DNA of 64,000 nt from contig CAXXJJ010000001.1 in the NCBI GenBank assembly GCA_963667015.2, forward strand, positions 1,472,001 through 1,536,000. Reading direction: 5' to 3'. The notes beneath the pieces were generated by a model that had not been told where the DNA came from, did no database searches, and worked only from the letters and a program-made list of their open reading frames with translations. Source of the DNA: Desulfatiglandales bacterium. Lineage in GTDB: Bacteria > Desulfobacterota > DSM-4660 > Desulfatiglandales > HGW-15. This document shows positions 19,601-28,316 of the stretch, in pieces; within the stretch, counting starts at the first letter, position 1, and every line of letters begins with the position of its first letter. The translations under genes were made by a program, and so were the position numbers.

Positions 19601-20831
19601 CCATTTTTCAGGGGAGACCGAAAGGCCGGTTGCCCCGCATACACCGCTACTTTTTTCGGTGAGGGAAAATGGAGTTTTGGGAAAGACACTCGTTATTCCA
19701 TGCTGGGACGATATAACCCTGAAATTTGTGACCGCCAACCTCATGAGAGAGGGGATCGACGCACGTCTGATGACAGGTTCGGAGGCTAATATCCAGAAGG
19801 GCCTGAGGCATAACACCGGGCAATGCATACCAGTAAACATCATTGCCAGGGACTTTATAGATTATGTGACTGCCCATGACCTGGACCCCGGGAAAATTCT
19901 CCTGTGGATGATTTCGTCAAAGATCGCCTGCAATATCGGCCTCTTTCCCCTTCACCTGAAAACCCTTTTTAATTCACATGGAAAGGGCATGGAAAAAGCC
20001 GGTGTGTATGCGGGGAACCTGTCATTCATTGATATCTCTCTCAAGCTCCCTGTAAACAATTACTTTGCCTATATGTTCGGAGGGTTCATCAGGAAAATGG
20101 GCTGCAGGATCAGGCCCTATGAAAAGAACAGTGGCACAACCGACCGTGTGCTGGGTCAGAGCGTTGATATACTGATCGATGCCTTTCTGGGAAACAGGTC
20201 AAAGGAGGCGGCGCTTGCCGAGGTAATTACCCGGTTTGAATCCATTGAGATCACGCGGGAACAAAAACCCAAAGTTGCCATATTCGGCGATCTCTATGCG
20301 CGTGACAACGACCTGATGAACCAGGATCTTATAGGTTATATTGAAGAACATGGCGCCGAAGTGATTGTAACCCCCTACAGCTCCTATGTACAGATGATCG
20401 AAAAGGCCTATATCAAAAAATGGTTCTTTGAGGGCAGGTACCTGGATGTCCTCTCCTCAAAGGCATTGATGTCCGTGGTAAGGCGAATGGAGAAGGTCTA
20501 TTACAGATATTTCGGAAAGATACTTGACGATCCCGCACCACAATATGATGACAGCCCTGAAAAGATACTGAAGGATTATAATCTCAGGGTTGAGCACACA
20601 GGGGAGTCAATGGACAATCTGCTGAAGATACACTATTTAAAGAAACACTACCCGGATGTTTCATTGTTTGTCCAGGCAAGCCCGGCATTCTGCTGCCCTT
20701 CTCTCGTCACCGAGGCCATGGCAAAGGCCATCGAGAAAAAGACCGGTGTTCCCATCGTGTCCATAACCTATGACGGGACACACACAAACAGGAACGAAGC
20801 TATTCTTCCTTACCTGTCCTTCCTGCATTAG
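16638..20831 (+). CDS. Acyl-CoA dehydratase activase (2x BadF/BadG/BcrA/BcrD ATPase + DUF2229)
   Basis: GIDIGS and GLDVGSTSTK, two CAAGTGSF motifs, EIGGQDSK, CDFCTNHC, LQLDEH; probable ATG 16638 overlapping the RR stop. Confidence 0.93.
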   Translation: MSDHLNILGIDIGSVTISVAEIGPEKEIIKTAYQFHHGNIPETLTEILNAFSSEHISGIAATSSTPSIIRAVRRYDNRLAIIAAARYFHEKIGAILVVGGETFSLIGFDRDGHYRSFRTNTSCAAGTGSFLDQQARRLNLRDTRELSDRAFSNSSSIPGIASRCAVFAKTDLVHAQQEGYSLEQICDGLCYGLARNITDTLTMDRDLLEPVIFTGGVCRNRAVFKHIKSITGKEVIPDETGVYGAIGAAFLLAEECCGDKKESCTSLNDLVHRETSQKKYFHEPLMLNLSEHPDFDGIEHYEYQDSNAADLHSVEVDIYKTLTPLSDIELLLGLDVGSTSTKAVLMDRAGEVLAGFYTGTAGRPVAAVQRLFSSIADMSENKKAVIRIAGAASTGAGRKFAGKIMGADIVIDEISAHARAAREIDPDVDTIIEIGGQDSKFTTLKNGMVTFSIMNNVCAAGTGSFIEEQARKLNCPLSEYSKRAEGCRSPIVSDRCTVFMERDMNHYMSEGYSVDEVLASVLHAIRENYLTKVAVEGSIGNNIFFQGATAKNRALVAAFEQRLQKPIHVSRYCHLTGAWGAALTLLDEFSVETGFRGIDLCEKNIEVSSETCDFCTNHCKITVADVEGEKVAYGFLCGRDYDTKQYIEKNLSGFDLLKERKKVFSFDPARPDSAEITVGIPAGLHMYEDMDFWRFFFNELSIGTVTSEGCKDALREGKHIAGAEFCAPMAALYGHVSYLMKRADYVFLPFYLDKKPAEKGVRRQYCYYTQFSPSLITLSGDEKYAAKILTPLVNSIHDSLYTKTRLHLMLKSITKHPVGFIEVSRAYDRASEYRKECIARWKEIYEKENRKNDKLGIMLVGRPYTVLSKFMNKGIPGIFASLGIRVFFQDMLSFPDNNGAFMEGLLREIHWNYASEILRAAHEIARTPGVYPVLITSFRCSPDSFAIDYFKKIMESFEKPYLILQLDEHESSVGYETRIEAAIRSFENHFSGETERPVAPHTPLLFSVRENGVLGKTLVIPCWDDITLKFVTANLMREGIDARLMTGSEANIQKGLRHNTGQCIPVNIIARDFIDYVTAHDLDPGKILLWMISSKIACNIGLFPLHLKTLFNSHGKGMEKAGVYAGNLSFIDISLKLPVNNYFAYMFGGFIRKMGCRIRPYEKNSGTTDRVLGQSVDILIDAFLGNRSKEAALAEVITRFESIEITREQKPKVAIFGDLYARDNDLMNQDLIGYIEEHGAEVIVTPYSSYVQMIEKAYIKKWFFEGRYLDVLSSKALMSVVRRMEKVYYRYFGKILDDPAPQYDDSPEKILKDYNLRVEHTGESMDNLLKIHYLKKHYPDVSLFVQASPAFCCPSLVTEAMAKAIEKKTGVPIVSITYDGTHTNRNEAILPYLSFLH

Positions 20832-21298
20832 CCTTTTATTTTGCTTAATATAAGGGACTTGACAGATCCGACACGTTTTCTGTTTACTCCCAGGTCACTG
20901 CGTCCGACCCGTGATGCCGATCTGAAATGTATTTCATTTTCTTTGTGATCAATCCTTACTTCCAGGTCATCCACAAAGCCAAAAACAGATGACGAATAAG
21001 CGGCAGCAAGGTAATCCCTGCTCTCTGCCTCTATTGTTCCGCCTGTTTCATGAATCGAATTTAAAATAATATTCAGTGTGTCCGAAGTGATGTGAGGAAT
21101 TATCAGTGGCTCAATATAATGATCTGTATCCTCTTTATATTCGCTGCATACACAGTTTGGTTTTTCCGGACACTCAGACAGCCTGCCTTCTGATATTCCT
21201 GACGGCTCGCCTGAACGCGAATGGTAACCCAGAACGATAAATGCGATAATAAATAAAATGATCAGGAAAAGTAATATTATTAAAATATTTTTTACCAT
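20828..21298 (-). CDS. DUF1499 family protein
   Basis: CPEKPNCVCS, FGFVDDLE, RSASRVGRSDLGVNRKRV. Confidence 0.92.
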   Translation of the reverse strand: MVKNILIILLFLIILFIIAFIVLGYHSRSGEPSGISEGRLSECPEKPNCVCSEYKEDTDHYIEPLIIPHITSDTLNIILNSIHETGGTIEAESRDYLAAAYSSSVFGFVDDLEVRIDHKENEIHFRSASRVGRSDLGVNRKRVGSVKSLILSKIKG

Positions 21299-21404
21299 TT
21301 GCTGTAATTATCAAGCCTTTCACTCGAACCATTTGATCCCAGGGACCCCTGAGCCCTGATCATTGATCAACTGAAGATGAGCAGTTATTTATTTATACCC
21401 GTGC

Positions 21405-21791
21405 CTATATCCCTATAACATTCACCTTCTTTTCATGCGCCTCCGCTGTCGAAGACATGCGAACATTCCCTTCTAAAATGCCACCTTCCTGCAGTGACAA
21501 AACTGGAGTCTGTATATTTCCAAAAATCTTTCCTGATGGGTGTATATCAATCTTGTGATCGGCAATAATATTGCCTCGTATCTCACCGCTGATAAAAATA
21601 TGGGAGATATGTATATCTGCATCGATCATTCCAAACTCGCCTACTATTAAATTACCTTCAGCAGATGTTATTTCTCCCTTGAAATGTCCGTCTATTCTGA
21701 CTGTTCCATTAAAATTCAGTTTTCCCTCGAACGCGGTGTCCTTACCTAAAAAGGCGTTGATAGTTTGATCTTTCATGGCGGAGTTCTCCAT
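21405..21791 (-). CDS. Bactofilin (polymer-forming cytoskeletal protein)
   Basis: FLGKDTAFEGKLNFNGTVRIDGHFKGEI beta-helix repeats. Confidence 0.92.
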   Translation of the reverse strand: MENSAMKDQTINAFLGKDTAFEGKLNFNGTVRIDGHFKGEITSAEGNLIVGEFGMIDADIHISHIFISGEIRGNIIADHKIDIHPSGKIFGNIQTPVLSLQEGGILEGNVRMSSTAEAHEKKVNVIGI

Positions 21792-22074
21792 TAACCTAAA
21801 TGATTAAAACACACAGAATCAAAGGAAATCTGATATCTGTTAAAAAAAATTGATTATATTATAGTTTGAGATGGAAAAATACCAAATTATGGAGTATGAG
21901 CAAAAGAAGGATACACTGCAAGGTTATTAAGGTCTGATCGCAACCTGACAGATTTATTTTGTTTATTGTTACTTATCACAGTTAATTTATACTGTTCTTT
22001 CAGGAACCGGAAACCGATACCGGCTGTTTATTATTAATGCAGGAACCATACAATCTGAAAAGGGACTGACACCT

Positions 22075-22357
22075 ATTACCGATTATACCATCGAGTTTCA
22101 ACCGCATAATATCAAAATAAAAGTCCCTGCCGGCATGACCCTTTTAAAGGCGGCAAGACCCGGATAATAAATGTCCAGGCCGGCGATAGAAAACTTTATG
22201 CTGGACCCGGTGACCCTTGAGCCCATGATTATCACCATTGGAAACGTCAGGCCCAAAGGCGCTATTTTCAGCGGCTGCCCTTTTTCTTCCGCACACGGAC
22301 ATGAAACTTTTTCCAAGGCTTGATGAGCGTCTTAAGTCAATCGAAAAAACCTGCTGA
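22075..22357 (+). pseudogene. Internally collapsed ASKHA/RACo (DUF4445, corrinoid activation) gene remnant
   Basis: Three colinear fragments: DYTIEFQPHNIKIKVPAGMTLLKAA; AIENFMLDPVTLEPMIITIGNVRPKG; AALFLPHTDMKLFP. Confidence 0.7.
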
Positions 22358-22373
22358 TATATTTTGCAGATAT

Positions 22374-22415
22374 CCTGCCTCCGGCATCCCTTCTCTCTTT
22401 CCGGAGGCAGGTTTT
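22374..22415. terminator. Hairpin terminator between convergent units
   Basis: CCTGCCTCCGG / CCGGAGGCAGG followed by TTTT. Confidence 0.7.
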
Positions 22416-22734
22416 ACTCCTCTTTTAAACCTTCATTGTACCCCTTTTGAAATTCGGATTTAAATATGGAAAGGCCGTCCTTGAGAAATTCCCAGGAGCT
22501 TTCAAGGTCAAATTTAAGGTCCTCCCATGCATCATCACCCGCCTTCTGCATTGCATCTATCCTGTCTTCAAGATCATCGCGTTTTGCCCTGAGTTCATCC
22601 AGTTTTTTATGATACTCAACCTTGGCATCAGGTCCCGACTTATCCTCCCTGGCAGTCAGTCTCTCTATCTCGGCATTCCAATCATCAAGCATGGCTTTCA
22701 GTCTTTGTATATACGCATCTCTTCTTTCGCTCAT
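22414..22734 (-). CDS. Coiled-coil stress protein (sll1863-like)
   Basis: RDAYIQRLKAMLDDWNAEIERL...AGDDAWEDLK; RBS AGGAG. Confidence 0.8.
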   Translation of the reverse strand: MSERRDAYIQRLKAMLDDWNAEIERLTAREDKSGPDAKVEYHKKLDELRAKRDDLEDRIDAMQKAGDDAWEDLKFDLESSWEFLKDGLSIFKSEFQKGYNEGLKEE

Positions 22735-22960
22735 AATGCTTCGCTCCTGTTCGTTAATAGATCATTATAAATGCTGTTATCATTAAAGAGGATATAACCT
22801 GTAATTACAAGGTTTATCTGTAAGACCTGAAAACAGGATTTTTTCCTCCGGTCGAAATGACAAAAATTATCATTCACCAATTACGACACAACCTGAAAGG
22901 CAGGCATCAATTGTTTTTGTTTTAAAGAAATTTAATAAATCAGGTAATTCATACCCGGAT

Positions 22961-24565
22961 GTGTTATATTTAAAATGTCAAAGCTCAAAAATAACTGAAA
23001 GAGTAACCTTGCAGATGAATAAAGAAAGAAGCACAAACATAATATCCGAACAGGGTAATGAGACTCAAAAAAATACCAAAAGCAATCTGCAGGTCTTTCT
23101 GGATATTTTTGACAACATCCTGGGTTCGGTTCGTGAACCGCTGGTGGTGCTCGATTCCGGTTTAAAGGTCATCAAGGCCAATGATTCATTTTACCGGACC
23201 TTCAAGGTTAACCGGGAAGAAACAGAGGGATCAATAATATATGATCTTGGCAACCGGCAGTGGGATATTCCCCGGCTTAGAGAACTGCTTGAAGATATCC
23301 TTCCCCATAATTCCACGTTCCACGACTTTGAAGTGGAACACAATTTTGAGACCATTGGTCATAAAATTATGCATCTTAACGCCAGACGTATATACAGGGA
23401 ATTTAACAATTCGCGGTTGATTATGCTGGCTATAGAGGATGTTACTGAGCGTGAATATAATAAAAGACATCTTGATGACCTTGTTGAGGGACGAACAGCC
23501 GAAATAAAAGAAGCAAGGGAAGCCGCAGTGAAAGATAAACAAATTGCCGAAGCGGCTCTTATCGAAATAAAAAAACTGAAAGATCAGCTTGAGGCCGAGA
23601 GGGCATATCTTCAGGAAGAAATCAAACTGGAATACAATCATGAGAACATTATCGGCAAAAGTGACGGTCTGAAATATGTTCTCTATAAGATTGAGCAGAT
23701 TGCCGGTACGGATGCAAACGTGCTGGTGCTTGGTGAGACCGGTACAGGGAAAGAGCTTGTTGCCAGGGCCATTCATGGATTAAGTCAGCATAAAAAGCGG
23801 GCACTGGTAAAGGTAAACTGCGCCACGCTGCCTTCAAACCTTATCGAAAGTGAATTGTTCGGTCATGAAAAAGGAGCATTCACAGGCGCCAATTCAAGGC
23901 ATTCAGGGCGGTTTGAGGTTGCCAACGGGACCACGCTTTTTCTGGATGAGATTGGCGAGCTGCCGCTTGAGCTTCAGCCCAAGCTGCTCAGGGTTATCCA
24001 GGACGGGGAATTTGAAAGGCTGGGCAGTTCTCACACAATCAGGGTCAATGTGAGGATTATAGCCGCAACAAACCGCAATCTGGAAGAGGAGGTCAGCAAA
24101 GGCAGGTTTCGGGAAGACCTGTGGTATCGACTGAACGTCTTCCCCATTACCATGCCTCCCTTAAGGGACCGTCTGAACGACATCCCTCTGCTTGTGGATT
24201 TTTATGTCGAAAAGATCTCCAAACGAATGGGAAAGCATATTGAACTTATCCCGAAAAATGTAATGGATGCCTTACAGAGCTATCACTGGCCCGGCAATAT
24301 CCGGGAACTTGAAAATGTGCTTGAACGGGCAGTAATCAATTCTTCAGGACCCAAGCTGCGTCTGGCCGATGAACTGAAAAAAACTGAAAAGGTTTTGTCT
24401 TATTCAAAAAAAACGCTCGAAACCGTGGAGAGAGATTATATCATGCGTGTCCTTGAACAGACAGGGTGGAAAGTCAGCGGTAAAAACGGCGCAGCCGAGA
24501 TTCTGGGTCTCAACCGAAGTACCCTGCGTGCCCGTATGCGAAAACTCGGCGTCTCAAAACCATAG
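22961..24565 (+). CDS. PAS-domain sigma54-dependent Fis-family activator
   Basis: PAS (VREPLVVLD...ANDSFY...WDIPRLRELL), [29 protein letters not shown], Fis HTH; start may be ATG 23015. Confidence 0.95.
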   Translation: MLYLKCQSSKITERVTLQMNKERSTNIISEQGNETQKNTKSNLQVFLDIFDNILGSVREPLVVLDSGLKVIKANDSFYRTFKVNREETEGSIIYDLGNRQWDIPRLRELLEDILPHNSTFHDFEVEHNFETIGHKIMHLNARRIYREFNNSRLIMLAIEDVTEREYNKRHLDDLVEGRTAEIKEAREAAVKDKQIAEAALIEIKKLKDQLEAERAYLQEEIKLEYNHENIIGKSDGLKYVLYKIEQIAGTDANVLVLGETGTGKELVARAIHGLSQHKKRALVKVNCATLPSNLIESELFGHEKGAFTGANSRHSGRFEVANGTTLFLDEIGELPLELQPKLLRVIQDGEFERLGSSHTIRVNVRIIAATNRNLEEEVSKGRFREDLWYRLNVFPITMPPLRDRLNDIPLLVDFYVEKISKRMGKHIELIPKNVMDALQSYHWPGNIRELENVLERAVINSSGPKLRLADELKKTEKVLSYSKKTLETVERDYIMRVLEQTGWKVSGKNGAAEILGLNRSTLRARMRKLGVSKP

Positions 24566-24647
24566 AGTCTTGCTTTTCCCAAATCCAGTGAGTTTGTGTC
24601 TGGAAATAAGTTGTGGATGGGCATTGCCTGTAGAACCCCGGAAAAGT

Positions 24648-24793
24648 GGTCATATATAACCCCCTGTGATATGTGACCATTATCCAGCATCAGACCCGCT
24701 TCCTCCATCAACCTCCTTCTTTTGATATTCATATTAAATTCAGCATATTGCGTCTATCAATGCCTGTTAAACTCATCCGGCACAAAGATTGAA
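24648..24793 (+). promoter_or_regulatory. Sigma54 promoter A with tandem enhancer
   Basis: GGTCATATATAACC (24648) + TGTGATATGTGACC (24665); CGGCAC-N5-TTGA at 24778. Confidence 0.7.
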
Positions 24794-24856
24794 GGTATAT
24801 ATGTACCTAATTGTGCATATGAAATTATCTGTAATAGTTTACAACAGGAAAACCTC

Positions 24857-25294
24857 ATGGCAGACCTTGAAGAATTCAAAGAATTGTTTGAAAAAAAAAG
24901 ACTGGATAACGACCTGGATCTGGTTATTTATCTCTTTTACAAACGTATTGCCGGAGACAGGTGTCAGGTCACATTTGAAGCGGAAATAGACGTTGAAATA
25001 AAAGAGGATTACTTCAAAAACCAGGTATTAAATAATACGGATATCAATAGTGTAAGATCTCTCCTTGGTGAGAATACATCCTATAAATACCGAAAAACCA
25101 GGAATTTTATTGCCGTGAATGAAAAAGAAAAAGTATTTGATGACCTGAAACAGCAGTTTCTGGATAGTGGCCTGGGTTATATCTCATCCCCTGCTTTTCC
25201 TGTAAAGCTGATAAAAAGAAATTACATCCTGGCACAAAGAGATGAGACGAACAGATTAAATAAAGAGGAATACTTTAAACATATTAATAGATAG
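24857..25294 (+). CDS. Conserved hypothetical protein
   Basis: ATG 24857 with AGGA upstream, downstream of promoter A; KRIAGDRCQV...RNFI...GYISSPAFP. Confidence 0.7.
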   Translation: MADLEEFKELFEKKRLDNDLDLVIYLFYKRIAGDRCQVTFEAEIDVEIKEDYFKNQVLNNTDINSVRSLLGENTSYKYRKTRNFIAVNEKEKVFDDLKQQFLDSGLGYISSPAFPVKLIKRNYILAQRDETNRLNKEEYFKHINR

Positions 25295-25312
25295 GAAAAG
25301 GAGGTTGCAGTT

Positions 25313-25558
25313 ATGCTGGATATTGAAATGAAGGATTTAATCGCTACTGTTGCAAGGATGCTTGTGGACGAACCGGAACGGGTCATTACTACAGAGATAA
25401 AAGGACAACAGTCCTCTGTGATTGAACTGAAAGTGGCCAGTGAGGATGTGGGGAAAATAATAGGGAGGCAGGGGCGAACTGCACAGGCCTTGAGATGCAT
25501 CCTTATGGCAGCTTCAGCCAAACTGAAAAAGAGATGCACCCTAGAGATATTGGAATAA
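25313..25558 (+). CDS. khpA: KH-domain RNA-binding protein KhpA (copy 1)
   Basis: LVDEPERV...ELKVASEDVGKIIGRQGRTAQALR (GxxG); RBS AAGGAGG. Confidence 0.93.
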   Translation: MLDIEMKDLIATVARMLVDEPERVITTEIKGQQSSVIELKVASEDVGKIIGRQGRTAQALRCILMAASAKLKKRCTLEILE

Positions 25559-25868
25559 TATTTTTTATCAGGGTTGTAAAATCTGGTTTTACAACTTATA
25601 TTATCAATTAACAGTTCTGCAAATAGGGATAATAAACCTGTCTATGCTATTATTTCTTATATGTTCTCTTCTGTTTTTATACTTTTAACTCCATCAAGCT
25701 CCATTTTCATACAGTACAGGGGTTAAGCTTATGACGGATAAAAAAATCAGTGTAAGGCAGGAACGTATCTTTTTATAAAACGGCAAAAAAGTATCTTAAC
25801 ACATTAAAATTCCCGAATTGCTGTCACAGGCGCTTCATTATGCGTATCTAAAACCCTGAAGGAAATCA

Positions 25869-27206
25869 GTGTCTAAAAATAATAAGACAGATGACGATAA
25901 GGACCTCCGGCAAAAGGCTGAAAATCTGCTGGAGTCGACCCACGATAGTGATGAAGGCATGGCAGACGTGGCGACCCAGGACAATGCCGGGCTGATTCTT
26001 GAACTTCGCGTCCACCAGATCGAACTTACTATGCAAAATGAGGAATTAAGGAACATTCAACTTGAGCTGGAAAAGTCCAGGAACCGGTACATGCATCTGT
26101 ATGACTTTGCTCCGTCCGCATATTTTACTGTGGATAGCAAAGGTATGGTTATTGAAGCCAATCAAAAAGCAGCCGACCTGCTTGGGGTATGTCGACAGGA
26201 TCTGGTAGGGCAGATGTTCACCCGGTTTATCCGGCGTGAAGATCAGGATACATGGTATCTCCATCGAAGGCGTATCCTTGAATCCAGGGATTTTCAGGCA
26301 TTCCAGTTGAAGATGGTAAAAAACGACGGGCACACGATTTATGCCGCCATTCAATGCATACTGGTCAAAGACGATGACGGCGATCCCGGGTATATCAGGA
26401 TCACAGCCCTGGACATCTCCGATAGAAAACAGATGGAAGAAGGGCTGCAAAAGGCCCATGATGAACTCGAACTGCGTGTCCGTGATCGAACGGAAGAGCT
26501 GGAGATCAGGAATCAGGAACTTCAGGACTTCAGCTTTATTGCATCCCATGACCTCCAGGAGCCCTTAAGAAAGGTCAGGACATTCGGAGATATGTTAGCT
26601 GCCCGGTCCGGGGATGCCCTGGATAACATATCTAAAGACTATATTAAGCGTATGCAGGATGCCCTTGAAAACATGCAGAATCTCCTGGATTCGCTTCTCG
26701 TCTATTCACGCGTTATTGTCGGAAGCGAGCCGGGAGAGAAGACAGATCTTGCAAAATCAGTTGAATCGGCTCTGTCCAACCTGGAGCTTTTAATTGCCGA
26801 AAATAATGCGCGCATTGAAATCAGAGAACTCCCTGCAGTGGATGCCGACGGGCAACTGATGATTCAGGTTTTCCAGAATCTGATCGGGAATGCGGTGAAA
26901 TTCAAAAAGGAAGGTGAAATACCCAGGGTCAAAATCTATTCCAAAAAAGCAAAAAACGCGGACGGTTTTTATAGTGTTTATGTAGAAGACAATGGAAAAG
27001 GGTTTGAAGAAAGATATCTGGACAAGATATTCCTGCCATTTCAGAAGCTTGACAGCCGGAGCATTGGTTATCCGGGCGTAGGAATGGGGCTTGCAATATG
27101 TAAAAAGATCATAACCCGGCACGGTGGAAAGATCACTGCAACAAGTGAAAAAGGAAAAGGCTCCACCTTTATGTTTACACTGCCTGAAGTGAGGAAAAGA
27201 AGATAG
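25869..27206 (+). CDS. PAS sensor histidine kinase (SHDLQEPLRK type)
   Basis: N-terminal ELRVHQIELTMQNEELR, PAS, ASHDLQEPLRK, NLIGNAVKF, GVGMGL. Confidence 0.93.
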   Translation: MSKNNKTDDDKDLRQKAENLLESTHDSDEGMADVATQDNAGLILELRVHQIELTMQNEELRNIQLELEKSRNRYMHLYDFAPSAYFTVDSKGMVIEANQKAADLLGVCRQDLVGQMFTRFIRREDQDTWYLHRRRILESRDFQAFQLKMVKNDGHTIYAAIQCILVKDDDGDPGYIRITALDISDRKQMEEGLQKAHDELELRVRDRTEELEIRNQELQDFSFIASHDLQEPLRKVRTFGDMLAARSGDALDNISKDYIKRMQDALENMQNLLDSLLVYSRVIVGSEPGEKTDLAKSVESALSNLELLIAENNARIEIRELPAVDADGQLMIQVFQNLIGNAVKFKKEGEIPRVKIYSKKAKNADGFYSVYVEDNGKGFEERYLDKIFLPFQKLDSRSIGYPGVGMGLAICKKIITRHGGKITATSEKGKGSTFMFTLPEVRKRR

Positions 27207-27637
27207 TGGCGGAAAAAAAGAGGTGCTGCACAATTGTTATGGCTGAGGATGATCCGGATGACAGACTTATCGTTGAGCAGGCATTTCTGGAGATCGGGGG
27301 GAAATGGGATTTGCATTTTGTTGAAGACGGAGAAGAATTGATGCACTATTTGCATCGAACCGGGAATTATTCAGATTCTTTGATTGCTCCGGTGCCGGAG
27401 TTGATCCTGCTTGATCTGAACATGCCCAGGAAGGACGGCCGACAGGCCATGGTAGAGATTAAGGCAGATCCTGATTTAAGCGAAATTCCGGTAGTGATCT
27501 GGACAACCTCGAAAGAATTGATAGACAAGGTTCAATGTGCGGAAGCCGGAGCTGAGTGCTATGTAACTAAACCGGTACGCTATTCCGGGCTGGTCGATAT
27601 CCTCCGGGAACTGGTCAGCAGATACTGTACTGGATAA
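27206..27637 (+). CDS. Single-domain response regulator (Rcp1-like)
   Basis: AEDDPDD, LLDLNMPRKDG, WTTS, YVTKP; coupled to the kinase stop. Confidence 0.93.
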   Translation: MAEKKRCCTIVMAEDDPDDRLIVEQAFLEIGGKWDLHFVEDGEELMHYLHRTGNYSDSLIAPVPELILLDLNMPRKDGRQAMVEIKADPDLSEIPVVIWTTSKELIDKVQCAEAGAECYVTKPVRYSGLVDILRELVSRYCTG

Positions 27638-27806
27638 AAATTAATTTTGTGTGTAAAATGATCACAGTTAAGGTTTAGGTTAAATAATTTCGAAAAAAGA
27701 AAAAGCTTACTCCGCCCGGGAGGATTGGGCATCAGAAACTTGGAGGATCGAATCTGATTGTGAGCGGTCTGGACAGTAAAAAAAAGAAACAAAATTAAAA
27801 AGTACA

Positions 27807-28218
27807 GTGTATAAGTGGCCGGACTGGCATCCGAAACTGCTTGCCTTTAAAAGGCCGGACACTATAAAAGCTGCCTGGCAGTTGATAAACGCTCTGGTCC
27901 CATACTGCGGTTTATGGTATCTGATGATTCGGTCTCTTCAACTAGGCTATTCCTACACCTTTACTCTTATTCTCACCCTGCCTGCCGCCGCTTTTATGGT
28001 CCGGTTATTTATCCTGTTTCATGACTGTGTTCATGGATACTTCTTCAGTAATAAGCGTCTCAACAATTTCTTCGGGCATTTCCTGGAGGAAAGGGTTTTC
28101 ACGCCTTTTGATGACCGGCGCTTTGCGCACCTGCGACATCATGTGACTTATGCGACTCTCGATGCGCGGGGATTCGGAGATATCTGAACCATGACATTAG
28201 CGGAATATGAGAATTAAT
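27807..28218 (+). pseudogene. Fatty acid desaturase pseudogene (truncated)
   Basis: His boxes FHDCVH and HLRHH; in-frame TGA where Trp is expected (GDI*TMT); third His box missing. Confidence 0.8.
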
Positions 28219-28316
28219 GAATTGATTTCAGCCTCTATCCGGTTTAGAGTGATACTGTAATCTCAAAGTTCAACCGTTTCGAGTTCCTTCATAAGTCTAA
28301 TTGAAAGGTGCCTTAT

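Noticed and set aside
22098..22316. 72-aa minus-strand ORF
   Set aside because: The plus strand carries recognisable RACo fragments; this ORF is their shadow
25222..25539. Antisense ORF duplicated at 39082-39336
   Set aside because: Shadow of khpA; duplicated only because khpA is
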